In this document: one piece after another, positions 1-8,011 of the stretch
Numbering within the stretch: the first letter of the stretch is position 1
Layout: each line of letters starts with the position of its first letter
Source: Myxococcota bacterium
GTDB taxonomy: Bacteria > Myxococcota_A > UBA796 > GCA-2862545
Reading direction: 5' to 3'
DNA: 29,438 bases
Assembly (NCBI GenBank): GCA_039208735.1
Contig: JBCCQY010000112.1
Coordinates: 1 to 29,438, forward strand
Made by a program: the position numbers and the translations under genes
Notes under the pieces: model-generated
Databases searched by the model: none
Told to the model about the DNA's origin: nothing
The model's input: only the letters and a program-made list of their open reading frames with translations

Positions 1-66
1 CCCCTCTCCATCGTGGTACGCCGCGACAACGCGCTCGCGCAGCTCCATCGGGTATGCTCGGGCCAA
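1..66 (-). CDS. IS630-family transposase, N-terminal 22 codons (partial, truncated by window edge)
   Basis: TTG at 66-64, 5 nt after GAGGAGG, translates MARAYPMELRERVVAAYHDGEG. This matches the typical IS630 HTH start (xxxYSxDLRERVVAA). Not in the ORF track. Confidence 0.75.
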   Translation of the reverse strand, partial: MARAYPMELRERVVAAYHDGEG

Positions 67-146
67 CCATGCCTCCTCTGCAGGAAGCCCTGATCACTCA
101 GCAGGCCGGTGGACGCAACTGATCAACTCGGCCGGGGCACGCTGTA
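1..146 (-). mobile_element. 5' (left) end of an IS630-family insertion sequence, running off the window edge
   Basis: The minus strand reads TA|CAGCGTGCCCCGGCCGAGTTGATCAG from TA at 146-145; TA is the IS630/Tc1 target. Sub-terminal CTGATCA repeats occur at 90-96 and 119-125, followed by an RBS (GAGGAGG) and a transposase-like start. The element cuts an unrelated reading frame exactly at the TA. The other end is not visible. Confidence 0.7.
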
Positions 147-377
147 CTTCCGGTACTCCGGCGCCACGAAGTAGGCCTCGTGGGTCTTCGAAAACTCCTC
201 GAACGTCATTCCCGTGTTTTCAAGTTGCCAGTCGTAGAGTTCCTCAATGGACTCCCAAGGAATGACCTCGGGGCGATCGAGGGCGCCAGCGAGGCGCTTG
301 AGGAAGCTGAACGTAGACTCGCACTCACCCGGCGGCTCGTGCAGCGCCTCCTGTCCCCGGTACTCGATCCCTTGGGG
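145..377 (-). pseudogene. Internal fragment of a DMSO-reductase-family (acetylene-hydratase-like) Mo/W-bis-MGD oxidoreductase
   Basis: Start-less open frame PQGIEYRGQEALHEPPGECESTFSFLKRLAGALDRPEVIPWESIEELYDWQLENTGMTFEEFSKTHEAYFVAPEYRKY. The EPxGE..F+x.LA..+...E..PW...E+....+..TGM.+EE+ pattern is that of the region preceding the TPSGK motif in acetylene-hydratase-like enzymes. Bounded by an in-frame TGA (380-378) and by the IS. Confidence 0.65.
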
Positions 378-409
378 TCACCCCGCACATGGGGGCAGCG
401 GGAGGTCGG

Positions 410-1141
410 ATGTTGGCATGGCTCGGGTGGGGATGGATCGCAGCCGCGATGGCACAAAACGCTGCGCCAGAAGAGCTCATCGTTGAAGGACACCGGCTAA
501 CCGAGGCCAAAGAAGCGTTGCATCAGGAGCTGAAGTCGCGAGGATACAACCGTTTCCTTCAGCTTGGGCCACGCCGTTGGTACCTGAATCCCAAGCTCTG
601 GAAACCTGGGGTGATGATTCACGAGGAGGGATTTGCCCGGGTACGCGGCCGACCCATCATGCCCTTGTCTGTCCGGTACATGAAGCGCGTGGCCTTTCGG
701 CCATCCTACGTAGAAGGTGTCTTTTTGCTCCAGTCGAAGGGGATGCGTCGAACGCAGAAGGCGGAGCTGGTTCGGAATCTAGAACCTCACCTACGGGCCA
801 TTCGAGACGCACGTTGGGCGATGGTGCAACCCCGCCGCGAAGCGGACCTCCAAGCGGAGCTCGCACGCCTGTGGTTCGATCGCCTCGACACGCACGGTAC
901 CTACCTCGAAGACCGGGCCCAGATCCGAGAAGCCCTATTCCAACGGTGGCTGGCGACTGCTACCGGAGAAGCGGGAGGGGCCATGCGGGCCATCATCGAC
1001 ATCTTTGTGGTGGACGTCGTGCAGACGTCGAACGACCCATTCACGACAGAGGAGTGCCAAGACGTTCGTGCGCGCATCCCTTCAGACCGGGAGCCGCCGA
1101 GTTGGGCGAACCGCCACGACTTGCAAAATGGGCAACGGTGA
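410..1141 (+). CDS. Hypothetical exported protein (243 aa)
   Basis: GGAGG at 401-405, ATG at 410, signal-like MLAWLGWGWIAAAMAQ. No family recognised. Confidence 0.75.
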   Translation: MLAWLGWGWIAAAMAQNAAPEELIVEGHRLTEAKEALHQELKSRGYNRFLQLGPRRWYLNPKLWKPGVMIHEEGFARVRGRPIMPLSVRYMKRVAFRPSYVEGVFLLQSKGMRRTQKAELVRNLEPHLRAIRDARWAMVQPRREADLQAELARLWFDRLDTHGTYLEDRAQIREALFQRWLATATGEAGGAMRAIIDIFVVDVVQTSNDPFTTEECQDVRARIPSDREPPSWANRHDLQNGQR

Positions 1142-1183
1142 CCGGCACGTGCGGGCAACGTCTGCAGTCAGAATGGAGGTCTT

Positions 1184-2062
1184 GTGTCACGTGGTCTTGT
1201 CGCCGTCGTTTTGGTGGCTTGTGCGGCGCCCGAGGGTGGGACGGTTCCAACGGAGCCACCCGGGGTGCTCCCGCCACCTTCACCCCCCTCTGAACTATCC
1301 ACCGACACCGGAGCCCTCGAGCCGCCAGATGACGACCTACCGAATCTCGGCGGTACCGGCGCATGGACCATCGTTGAGGATCTCGACACCCAGACGGCCT
1401 TCATCGTGGCGGTGGGGCTCGAAGAACGCCTTTCCGATCTGTTCGAATTGGCGGCCTGCCTGGCGTCGGAGACCCCGGTGTGCCTCCCCCCACCGACCGC
1501 CCCGCTCGACATGGCCATCGACTTCAATCCTGAACTCTTCTACGTGTTGGAACCACCCGTGACCGCAAATCTGGGCTCCGAGGTTCGGTTCGGCTCCTGG
1601 GTGCTGGATCGCGTTGGAGTCAAGGAGCCTATCGTCTACCGAGCCCCCATTCCCTTTGGATCGAAAACGGGTGAAGACGTTTCTCTGTCCTGGGAGGGAG
1701 TTTGGACCGACCATACGACAAAGGCAACGGCTGCGGTTCCCCCTCCACTCGACGTGCTGACCCCCATTCCAGGAAGTGCCCAGACGCTCGCCTCGACCGA
1801 CGATCTGACCATCGAGTGGGTTCCTCCGGCCAACGGGTTGATTACGTTAGAAGCGTACTCTCGCTTCGGCTTCTCCCGACTCTATCAGCTTGAAAACGAT
1901 GGTTCGTTCGTGCTCGATTTCGACACGCTGCCCCTCTTGGGTGGTCCGCAGGACATCACCGTGACCCTGCGCAGTTGGACGACCCAGACCCTCTCGGAAC
2001 TCGGACTCACCCTAGAGGTCACCGCGATGAGCCAAGCGTCATTCGAGGTGAGAGTTCAGTAA
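1184..2062 (+). CDS. Hypothetical lipoprotein with Pro-rich linker and beta-rich C-terminal region (292 aa)
   Basis: GGAGGT upstream, lipobox LVAC, Pro/Thr/acidic linker, alternating hydrophobic beta pattern at the C-terminus. Confidence 0.8.
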   Translation: MSRGLVAVVLVACAAPEGGTVPTEPPGVLPPPSPPSELSTDTGALEPPDDDLPNLGGTGAWTIVEDLDTQTAFIVAVGLEERLSDLFELAACLASETPVCLPPPTAPLDMAIDFNPELFYVLEPPVTANLGSEVRFGSWVLDRVGVKEPIVYRAPIPFGSKTGEDVSLSWEGVWTDHTTKATAAVPPPLDVLTPIPGSAQTLASTDDLTIEWVPPANGLITLEAYSRFGFSRLYQLENDGSFVLDFDTLPLLGGPQDITVTLRSWTTQTLSELGLTLEVTAMSQASFEVRVQ

Positions 2063-2065
2063 GGT

Positions 2066-2575
2066 TCACCGCGCCTGGTCGTAGTCGTCGAGGAGGACCA
2101 AGATGTCCGGACCGGCGTCGAACACGACCCCGTCAGGTTCGAGGACCCAGTACCAGGGAACGGAGCGCCCGCCGAGAAGCTGGGTCGCTTCGCCCGTCGG
2201 GTCCCAGACCGCCTCTAGCGGACCAAAGCCCTCCACCAAGGCATCCACGTCATCCTGGTCGGCAGGACGGCTCACGGCATCCTGCACGACGAACACCACA
2301 CGCGCGACGCCCTCGTATTCCTGCTCATAACCGACCTGAAGGGATTCCCAGCTTGGCGCCGCCCACAAGGAGAAGATCTCAATGACCCCAGGGTCTCCTC
2401 CGAGTTCAGAGATGACAAAGGGCTGGCCGTCTTGATCCGTCAGTGGAACATCGGGAAGCCGCTCTCCGATGTCCGAGCCTACGGGAACGTCGTCGAGCGT
2501 TTCGTCGTCATTTTGCCATGGCAGTTCGAACTCGAACAGCCCCCCTCCACAGCCCAAGAACCAAATCAGTGCCAC
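2066..2575 (-). CDS. TlpA/redoxin-like thioredoxin-fold lipoprotein lacking CxxC (169 aa)
   Basis: GTG at 2575 after GGAGG; FLG-C lipobox-like; G-E-R-L-P-D-V-P-L-T-D-Q-D-G redoxin N-motif; WAAPS where WCxxC is expected; cis-Pro-like SVP followed by VLEPDG. Confidence 0.7.
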   Translation of the reverse strand: MALIWFLGCGGGLFEFELPWQNDDETLDDVPVGSDIGERLPDVPLTDQDGQPFVISELGGDPGVIEIFSLWAAPSWESLQVGYEQEYEGVARVVFVVQDAVSRPADQDDVDALVEGFGPLEAVWDPTGEATQLLGGRSVPWYWVLEPDGVVFDAGPDILVLLDDYDQAR

Positions 2576-2775
2576 CCTTCCTCCACTCCCCTGGACATTA
2601 CCACATCGGCACGGTGGATTTCTTGGCACGATGCCCGAAGCAACGTCGAGGCCGCGGGCGACCTTGGTGGCATCCACCCTGGATTCGCGACCGACCTGTA
2701 GCAAACGTCTGGTGAACGTGGCATTTACCGTCAGCCCAGATGGAAAATGAAACCTGCTACCGGACGAGGTCAGCT

Positions 2776-3126
2776 ATGGAACGAAGTGACATCCAGAAAC
2801 TCGCACCGGGTCTTTACCTGTTGCAATGGATCGACCCGGAGCGGGAAGAGGAGCTGACCTTGCTCGGTGACCTTGGTGAAGGCATCCGATGGGTGGCCCT
2901 TGCCGAAGGGAACTTCTTGGTACTTAAGGATGGTGATGGGGATGCCATGCCCGTGGTGTCCCGCTTCGAAGACGAGGTCGCCTCGCTGACGCGAATCCCA
3001 CTGGGTCGAGGAACCGACCAGCCCCTCGCCGCACAATTCCGCCGGCTCATGGCGGTCGCCGAGCGGCTGAACCAGTCTCCAACGCACGTCCTTGAGGTAG
3101 CCTTCGATCGCCTCATGGAATCCTGA
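2776..3126 (+). CDS. Hypothetical protein (116 aa)
   Basis: GAGGT before ATG 2776 and protein-like composition. 3' end overlaps the convergent kinase gene by 14 nt. Confidence 0.6.
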   Translation: MERSDIQKLAPGLYLLQWIDPEREEELTLLGDLGEGIRWVALAEGNFLVLKDGDGDAMPVVSRFEDEVASLTRIPLGRGTDQPLAAQFRRLMAVAERLNQSPTHVLEVAFDRLMES

Positions 3127-4210
3127 GAAATGGTGTCTGCGCGTCGATCGGTGGGAAGGTCAGTTGCACGGACGTTCCCCGCTCCTCTGATGTGTCGATC
3201 ACCAAGGCCCCGCCTTGCTTAGCGCAAGCAAGCTGTGCGAACGTAAGCGTGAGCCCGCCTCCCTTTTGATAAGCCGCAGGATCCCAGTGCTCATCGAAAT
3301 CACCTTGATGGTAGGCGTGGTCCACCGACGGAAGCGCAGCATTAGGCAAAGGCGGCCCCTCATCGCGGATGAGGAGTTCCGGTCCTCCCTCTTCATGCGT
3401 TCCCGTCCGGATTTGGACCACAGAGCCATGTGGCGCATTGCGAAGCGCATTCAGCAGCAAACCGTCGATCACGCGGGTCATCAGAGAGGCATCCACCATG
3501 GCTGGCGGAGACGCATCCGACAAAACCACCTCGAACTGAACGCCGAGATGCTTCGCGTGGGCCGCCAGGTTTTGGGTCGCGGACTGGACCAGCGCTCCCA
3601 ACGGTTGGGGCGCAAGATGGACCTCGTGTCGATGACTTTCGATCCGCGAGATGTCCAGCAACGACATCAACAAGCCCTGCAACTCGTCTGCACTGTAGGC
3701 CATGTCGCCGACCGTATGCAGGGCAGGCGCATCGAGGCTCGGGCTTTGAAGGAGCAGCCCACAGCCCGCAAGAATCGCCGCGATGGGCGACCCCGCCTCG
3801 GGCCGAAGGAGCTCGGCGAGGCTGCGCTCGAGACGCTCAGAAGCCCGCCGGGCACTTACATCTTCGACGAACAGCGCTCCGTAGGGCGTTCCAGCGATCT
3901 CGAGGCTTCTAAGATAAACCGCCACATCTCGCGGTCCTTCGATGAAGGGAAACGCGAAGCTGATTTCCAACTTCTCGAAGAGCGGTTCACGGCCAATTCG
4001 ATCGCGAAACACGCCCGCGAGTTCGCGAACGTTCATACATGGTGCGATCTCTTCGAAGAAGTCGCGACCCAGGGCCCGCTCTCGCGTGCGGCGGGCCAGA
4101 CGTTCTTCGGTCTTGTTGAAGTGGACCACCCGACCATCACGGTCGAGCAACACGACCCCAATCGGCAAGGCATCGAAGAGAGCGCTAAGCGGGAACGGGG
4201 GCGAGGTCAT
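3113..4210 (-). CDS. Photoactive yellow protein (PYP)-like PAS domain fused to a degenerate (pseudo) histidine kinase HisKA-HATPase (365 aa)
   Basis: GAGGA then ATG 4210. FDALPIGVVLLDRDGRVVHFNKTEERLARRTRERALGRDFFEEIAPC aligns without gaps to the PYP 42-69 core (GxxFFxxxAPC). The C-terminal half has SPIAAI, LLDISRIE, LLLNA, IRDEG, GGGLTL and GTSV kinase-like motifs. Confidence 0.85.
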   Translation of the reverse strand: MTSPPFPLSALFDALPIGVVLLDRDGRVVHFNKTEERLARRTRERALGRDFFEEIAPCMNVRELAGVFRDRIGREPLFEKLEISFAFPFIEGPRDVAVYLRSLEIAGTPYGALFVEDVSARRASERLERSLAELLRPEAGSPIAAILAGCGLLLQSPSLDAPALHTVGDMAYSADELQGLLMSLLDISRIESHRHEVHLAPQPLGALVQSATQNLAAHAKHLGVQFEVVLSDASPPAMVDASLMTRVIDGLLLNALRNAPHGSVVQIRTGTHEEGGPELLIRDEGPPLPNAALPSVDHAYHQGDFDEHWDPAAYQKGGGLTLTFAQLACAKQGGALVIDTSEERGTSVQLTFPPIDAQTPFLRIP

Positions 4211-5263
4211 GGTGGTTCCTCGTCGGATCGAGTCCAAGGCAGGGCGACTCGGCCCACGCGGAACAAAAAGTGGGGCGAGCGATATTCGATGGAGGATTGC
4301 ATAAACTGCGTCGTAAGAAGAATACGACCAGACCGTGCTCCCCACGGCAGTCGGCTTCGGTCAACCGAAACCTCGATGAAGCCACTCCCCTCGATGAGCG
4401 ACATCCGCTGCGGAGTGGGAACCAACCAGGCGACATCGGAAGTGACTTGGAGCTCTCCTTCGCTCGACTCGGCCATCCACACTTCAATTCGGTCCGGACG
4501 GTCCCGTGGAAGCTCCCGGATTCGCGACCCCACCACATTCCAACCTGCCGTCGGCCCGGCAACCCCTGCTGTCGTCTCGACTCGACCGCCCAGTCGACGT
4601 GACGCGTAGGCCCGGCGAGCCGCAGGGGTGGCTGAGCACTCGGTGAGCGATCTGAATGCGCCGCAACTCGTCGGGATCCCGAGTCTCACTCATTCGCAGC
4701 GCGTATGCCGCCTCAAGTTCGTCCTCGCTCGCGCCGGCCGGCGTACCCAGTTCTTCCCACAACGAATCGCTTCCCGACTCCATCGATTCCACAGCTTCCA
4801 TCGGAGGCGACGTGGGTTGGGGCGCTTCCTGCTCTTCCGGCCGAAACCGCGCGAGGAGGCTGGTTGCGATTTCGTCAAATGTCTCGCGCCGGATACCGAG
4901 TGCAACCGCGCCCTGGCGAAGTCGCAACAGACGGTCGGGGGGCAGCGGACCGGTCACCACGAGCCCGCGAAGCATCATCTCAATCGCCGGCAGATGCCGC
5001 AACTCCGCGCGCCTCGCCATATCGTCGAGGTGATCGGTCAGGTCTTCGCACACTTCACAGAGTGCCGCAAAGTTGCGCATCACGAGCAACGCCTCATCCC
5101 GGTACTTGGCATTGCTCTGCAAACTCTGGAGCTTTCGACGTCGAGCCGTGAGTGACGCCACGAGCTGGTCGCTTGGGGCGTGCACCTCTTTTCGGAGATA
5201 TGCCGCGAGATTCGGCATGAGAGACAATCGACAAAGCTCCGCAGCGACCTCCAGACGGTTCAT
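4207..5263 (-). CDS. Protein with J-domain-like segment (no HPD) and C-terminal BACON/Ig-like domain; split by a +1 frameshift at 4625-4628 (about 351 aa if repaired)
   Basis: ORF 4484..5263 gives LWEELG..GASEDELEAAY...RRIQIAHRVLSHP. ORF 4207..4689 continues AARRAY, completing the DnaJ-type L.DP..R..Y motif if one G of GGGG is removed. It then has ELQVTSDVAWLVPTP...IEVSVD...SGRILLTT (BACON-like). The stop overlaps the next ATG (ATGA). Confidence 0.65.
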
Positions 5264-5423
5264 GTTCCTCTCCGACGGTGGCTTGCGTATGACCCATCCT
5301 CCCTAACCACAAGCGTCGGCATGGAGACCGTCTGTCACGGAAGTTTTGGACTGGGCAACAAGCTGGCGACCGCCGCAGCATCGGGTTGGATCGCGGTTGT
5401 TCGGAGCGGCCCTGACGAGCGGG

Positions 5424-5481
5424 TTGACATCCACCTCCACTCTCGTTTAGACGAACGTCTAGAACTTAGACGCTCGTCTAG
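5424..5481 (+). promoter_or_regulatory. Sigma70-like promoter with two tandem palindromic operators (TAGACG-N2-CGTCTA), probable TetR autoregulatory site
   Basis: TTGACA at 5424-5429. Palindromes TAGACGAACGTCTA (5448-5461) and TAGACGCTCGTCTA (5467-5480), 19-bp period, cover the -10 region and abut the RBS of the tetR gene. Confidence 0.8.
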
Positions 5482-5492
5482 AGAGGTTGGAG

Positions 5493-6053
5493 ATGTCCCA
5501 GAAGCCGTCCCATGCCCCACGCGGGGCCGACGTTCGCGAAGCATTGCTGGACGCTGCCGTAGAGCGCTATGCCTCGGGCGAGGCGTTCTCCGTGCGGGCG
5601 CTGGCTGCACAGGCCAACGTAAACGTGGGTCAGATCCACCACCTGTTCGGTGGAAAGGAGGGGCTTAGAAAGGCGATGCTCCATCGGCTCGCCCACGAGC
5701 AAGACGCCCAACTCGCCGCCCTGCCCGAGACCGCGACGCTTGACGACTTGATCGGGGCGGCTTGGCGAGCCGCGGTCGACGACCGCCGATTTGTGCGCGT
5801 GCTCGCTCGACAGCTCATCGAACATCCGGGTGAACCGGTCGTTCAGTCTACCTTCCCGGTGTCTCGCCGCATGGAGCGGGCCCTCGATGAAGCAGGCGTA
5901 GCGGACGCGCGCTTACACCTGGCCCATACGCTGGCGGCAGGACTTGGGTTCGCCTTGTTTGAACCTTGGCTCTCGCAGGCATTGGATCTCGACGACGACG
6001 ACCTGAACCAATTCAAAGCACAACTTCGTGCCTTTGCCGGAGAGGACCGCTGA
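5493..6053 (+). CDS. TetR/AcrR-family transcriptional regulator (186 aa)
   Basis: REALLDAAVERYA...SVRALAAQANVNVGQIHHLFGGKEGL TetR HTH signature. Confidence 0.92.
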   Translation: MSQKPSHAPRGADVREALLDAAVERYASGEAFSVRALAAQANVNVGQIHHLFGGKEGLRKAMLHRLAHEQDAQLAALPETATLDDLIGAAWRAAVDDRRFVRVLARQLIEHPGEPVVQSTFPVSRRMERALDEAGVADARLHLAHTLAAGLGFALFEPWLSQALDLDDDDLNQFKAQLRAFAGEDR

Positions 6054-6892
6054 TGGATTTCGACCATGCAAAGATGGTGATCACGGGGGTCCTGTTGGTC
6101 TTCGCATTCATCGAAGTGCTGGCCGGACGGTTCTTCCACCGTCAACAAACCACAATGAAGGATGTCGTCCTCGAGGTCGTGAGTTCGTTCGGCATCCCGC
6201 TCGTGCTGGTTCCGCTGATTCTCGAAGTCGCCCCCTTCATTGGCGAAGCCTTGGTGCCCAACAGCGAAGGTTGGCTGGCGGGACTGCCCTGGTGGGCAAT
6301 GGTCATTGGGTTGCTGATTGGCGATGACCTGACACAGTATTGGTGGCATCGACTCAGCCACACGTCCTGGTTGTACCCGTTGCATCGCGCCCATCACTCC
6401 GCACGCTACATGTCGGTTCGACTGGTCTACCGCAACAACCTGGTCTACTACTTGCTGATGCCTGGCGTCTGGGTGTCCGCGCTCCTTGTGTACTGGGGCT
6501 TCGGCACCGTCTATGCGTTCTACATCATCGCCAAACTGACGGTGATCATCAGCGCTCACTCCAGTGTTCCATGGGATGATGCCCTGTACCGCTGGCCCGT
6601 CACTCGGCCTTTCATGTGGGTGATCGAACGCGTGTTCTCGACGCCATCCACCCATTCCGCCCACCACGGGCTGCACGAGTCCGATGGCGTCACGCACTAC
6701 AAAGGCAATTACGGAAACTTCCTATTCCTGTGGGACGTCCTTTTTGGAACCGCCAAAATCACGCGGGGGCGGCCCACCGAATTCGGCATCGAGGGACTCG
6801 AGCCCGTAGGACTGTTTCACGAGCTGCTTTGGCCAGCACCGGTTCGCAAGACGGAGTCCCCTGCTGCCGTCGAAGCTCCCGCGGCAAAGTGA
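6053..6892 (+). CDS. Sterol desaturase / fatty acid hydroxylase superfamily membrane di-iron enzyme (279 aa)
   Basis: His boxes YWWHRLSH, HRAHHS, AHS, HSAHHG and NYGNFLFLWDVLFGT; several TM helices; TGATG coupling to tetR. Confidence 0.93.
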   Translation: MDFDHAKMVITGVLLVFAFIEVLAGRFFHRQQTTMKDVVLEVVSSFGIPLVLVPLILEVAPFIGEALVPNSEGWLAGLPWWAMVIGLLIGDDLTQYWWHRLSHTSWLYPLHRAHHSARYMSVRLVYRNNLVYYLLMPGVWVSALLVYWGFGTVYAFYIIAKLTVIISAHSSVPWDDALYRWPVTRPFMWVIERVFSTPSTHSAHHGLHESDGVTHYKGNYGNFLFLWDVLFGTAKITRGRPTEFGIEGLEPVGLFHELLWPAPVRKTESPAAVEAPAAK

Positions 6893-6896
6893 GCCG

Positions 6897-7943
6897 TCAG
6901 CGTCGGGCGTCGCGCCCGTCGATCTGACCTCGGGCCTCGGTGTAGACGAGGTCCGCCACCTGACCCGCCGCAAGGAAATCGTGGGGGAAGCCCAAGCTCG
7001 GTGCACTCACTTCGTGCAACCGCTTGCGCTGGTCGTCCGATAGAGCGATCTCAGTGGCCCGCATGGTGTCGCTGATTTGACTCACCTTTCGGGCTCCGAC
7101 GATGGGAATGTACCGGTACCCCTGGGCGAGCACCCAGGCGGTCGCGACCTGCGCGGAGGTCGCTCCTAATTCATCGGCCACCGCATCGACCTCCCGAGCA
7201 ATGGCGAGGTTTCGTTCGCCGGTGCGTCCCCGCGCTTCATTGCCGGCTTTACGCAGGGAATCGGCCTCGGCGCCAGACCGGGTGTACTTGCCGGTGAGAA
7301 CGCCTCCCCCGAGCGGCGCCCAGGCAAGGACCGAGAGTCCAAAGTGGTCCGCCATCGGCAGCAGATCGCGCTCAGGCGTCCGTTCGAGCAGGCTGTATTC
7401 GATTTGCAAGCCCGCATACGAGGTCCAGCCTCGGAGTTCGGCAAGCACGTTCGAAGCACTCACGACCCACGCTGGGGTGTCGCTAACGCCGATGTAGAGG
7501 ACCTTGCCGGCCCGCACCAAATCGTCGAGCCCTCGCATGGTCTCTTCGAACGGAGTGAACCGATCCCAAGCGTGCACCCAGAGGAGATCGATGTAGTCCG
7601 TACCGAGACGCTTCAGGCTACCCTCGACCGCCCGCACCAGGTTTTTCCGTGCGTTGCCGCCGGAGTTGACGTCAGCGTGGTCCATCGCGAGCGTATACTT
7701 GGTGGCCACCACGAATCGATCGCGGCGGCTCTGCAGCCAACGCCCACAGATTTCTTCGGTTTCTCCTCCGTGGTACTTGTTTGCCGTGTCGAGGAAGTTG
7801 CCCCCTGCGTCGGCATAGGCGTCGAGCACCTGGTGCGACGTGGCCTCGTCGGCCCCGAAGCCCCACTGGGTGCCAAAGCTCATGGTTCCGAGGCAGAGTT
7901 CCGAAACCCGAAGCCCCGACTTTCCGAGTAGACGATAGCGCAT
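6897..7943 (-). CDS. Aldo/keto reductase (aryl-alcohol dehydrogenase-like group) (348 aa)
   Basis: MRYRLLGKSGLRVSELCLGTM, DTANKY, VATK, SLKRLGTDYIDLLWVH, GKVLYIGVSD, PIVGAR. Catalytic Asp/Tyr/Lys/His present. Confidence 0.96.
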   Translation of the reverse strand: MRYRLLGKSGLRVSELCLGTMSFGTQWGFGADEATSHQVLDAYADAGGNFLDTANKYHGGETEEICGRWLQSRRDRFVVATKYTLAMDHADVNSGGNARKNLVRAVEGSLKRLGTDYIDLLWVHAWDRFTPFEETMRGLDDLVRAGKVLYIGVSDTPAWVVSASNVLAELRGWTSYAGLQIEYSLLERTPERDLLPMADHFGLSVLAWAPLGGGVLTGKYTRSGAEADSLRKAGNEARGRTGERNLAIAREVDAVADELGATSAQVATAWVLAQGYRYIPIVGARKVSQISDTMRATEIALSDDQRKRLHEVSAPSLGFPHDFLAAGQVADLVYTEARGQIDGRDARR

Positions 7944-8011
7944 CGTTCCTCCCATTAGGCTCGTCGGTATGGTCGATCGGCCCGATTAGCCAGCGAGCCT
8001 GGAGGGTAGAA

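Noticed and set aside
378..380. In-frame TGA upstream of the Mo/W-enzyme fragment as possible selenocysteine
   Set aside because: Sec in this family is the metal ligand much nearer the N-terminus, upstream codons show no family similarity, and a divergent gene starts at 410.
3215..4609. 464-aa plus-strand ORF
   Set aside because: Antisense shadow of the PYP-kinase gene; Arg/His-rich with no motifs, typical of high-GC DNA.
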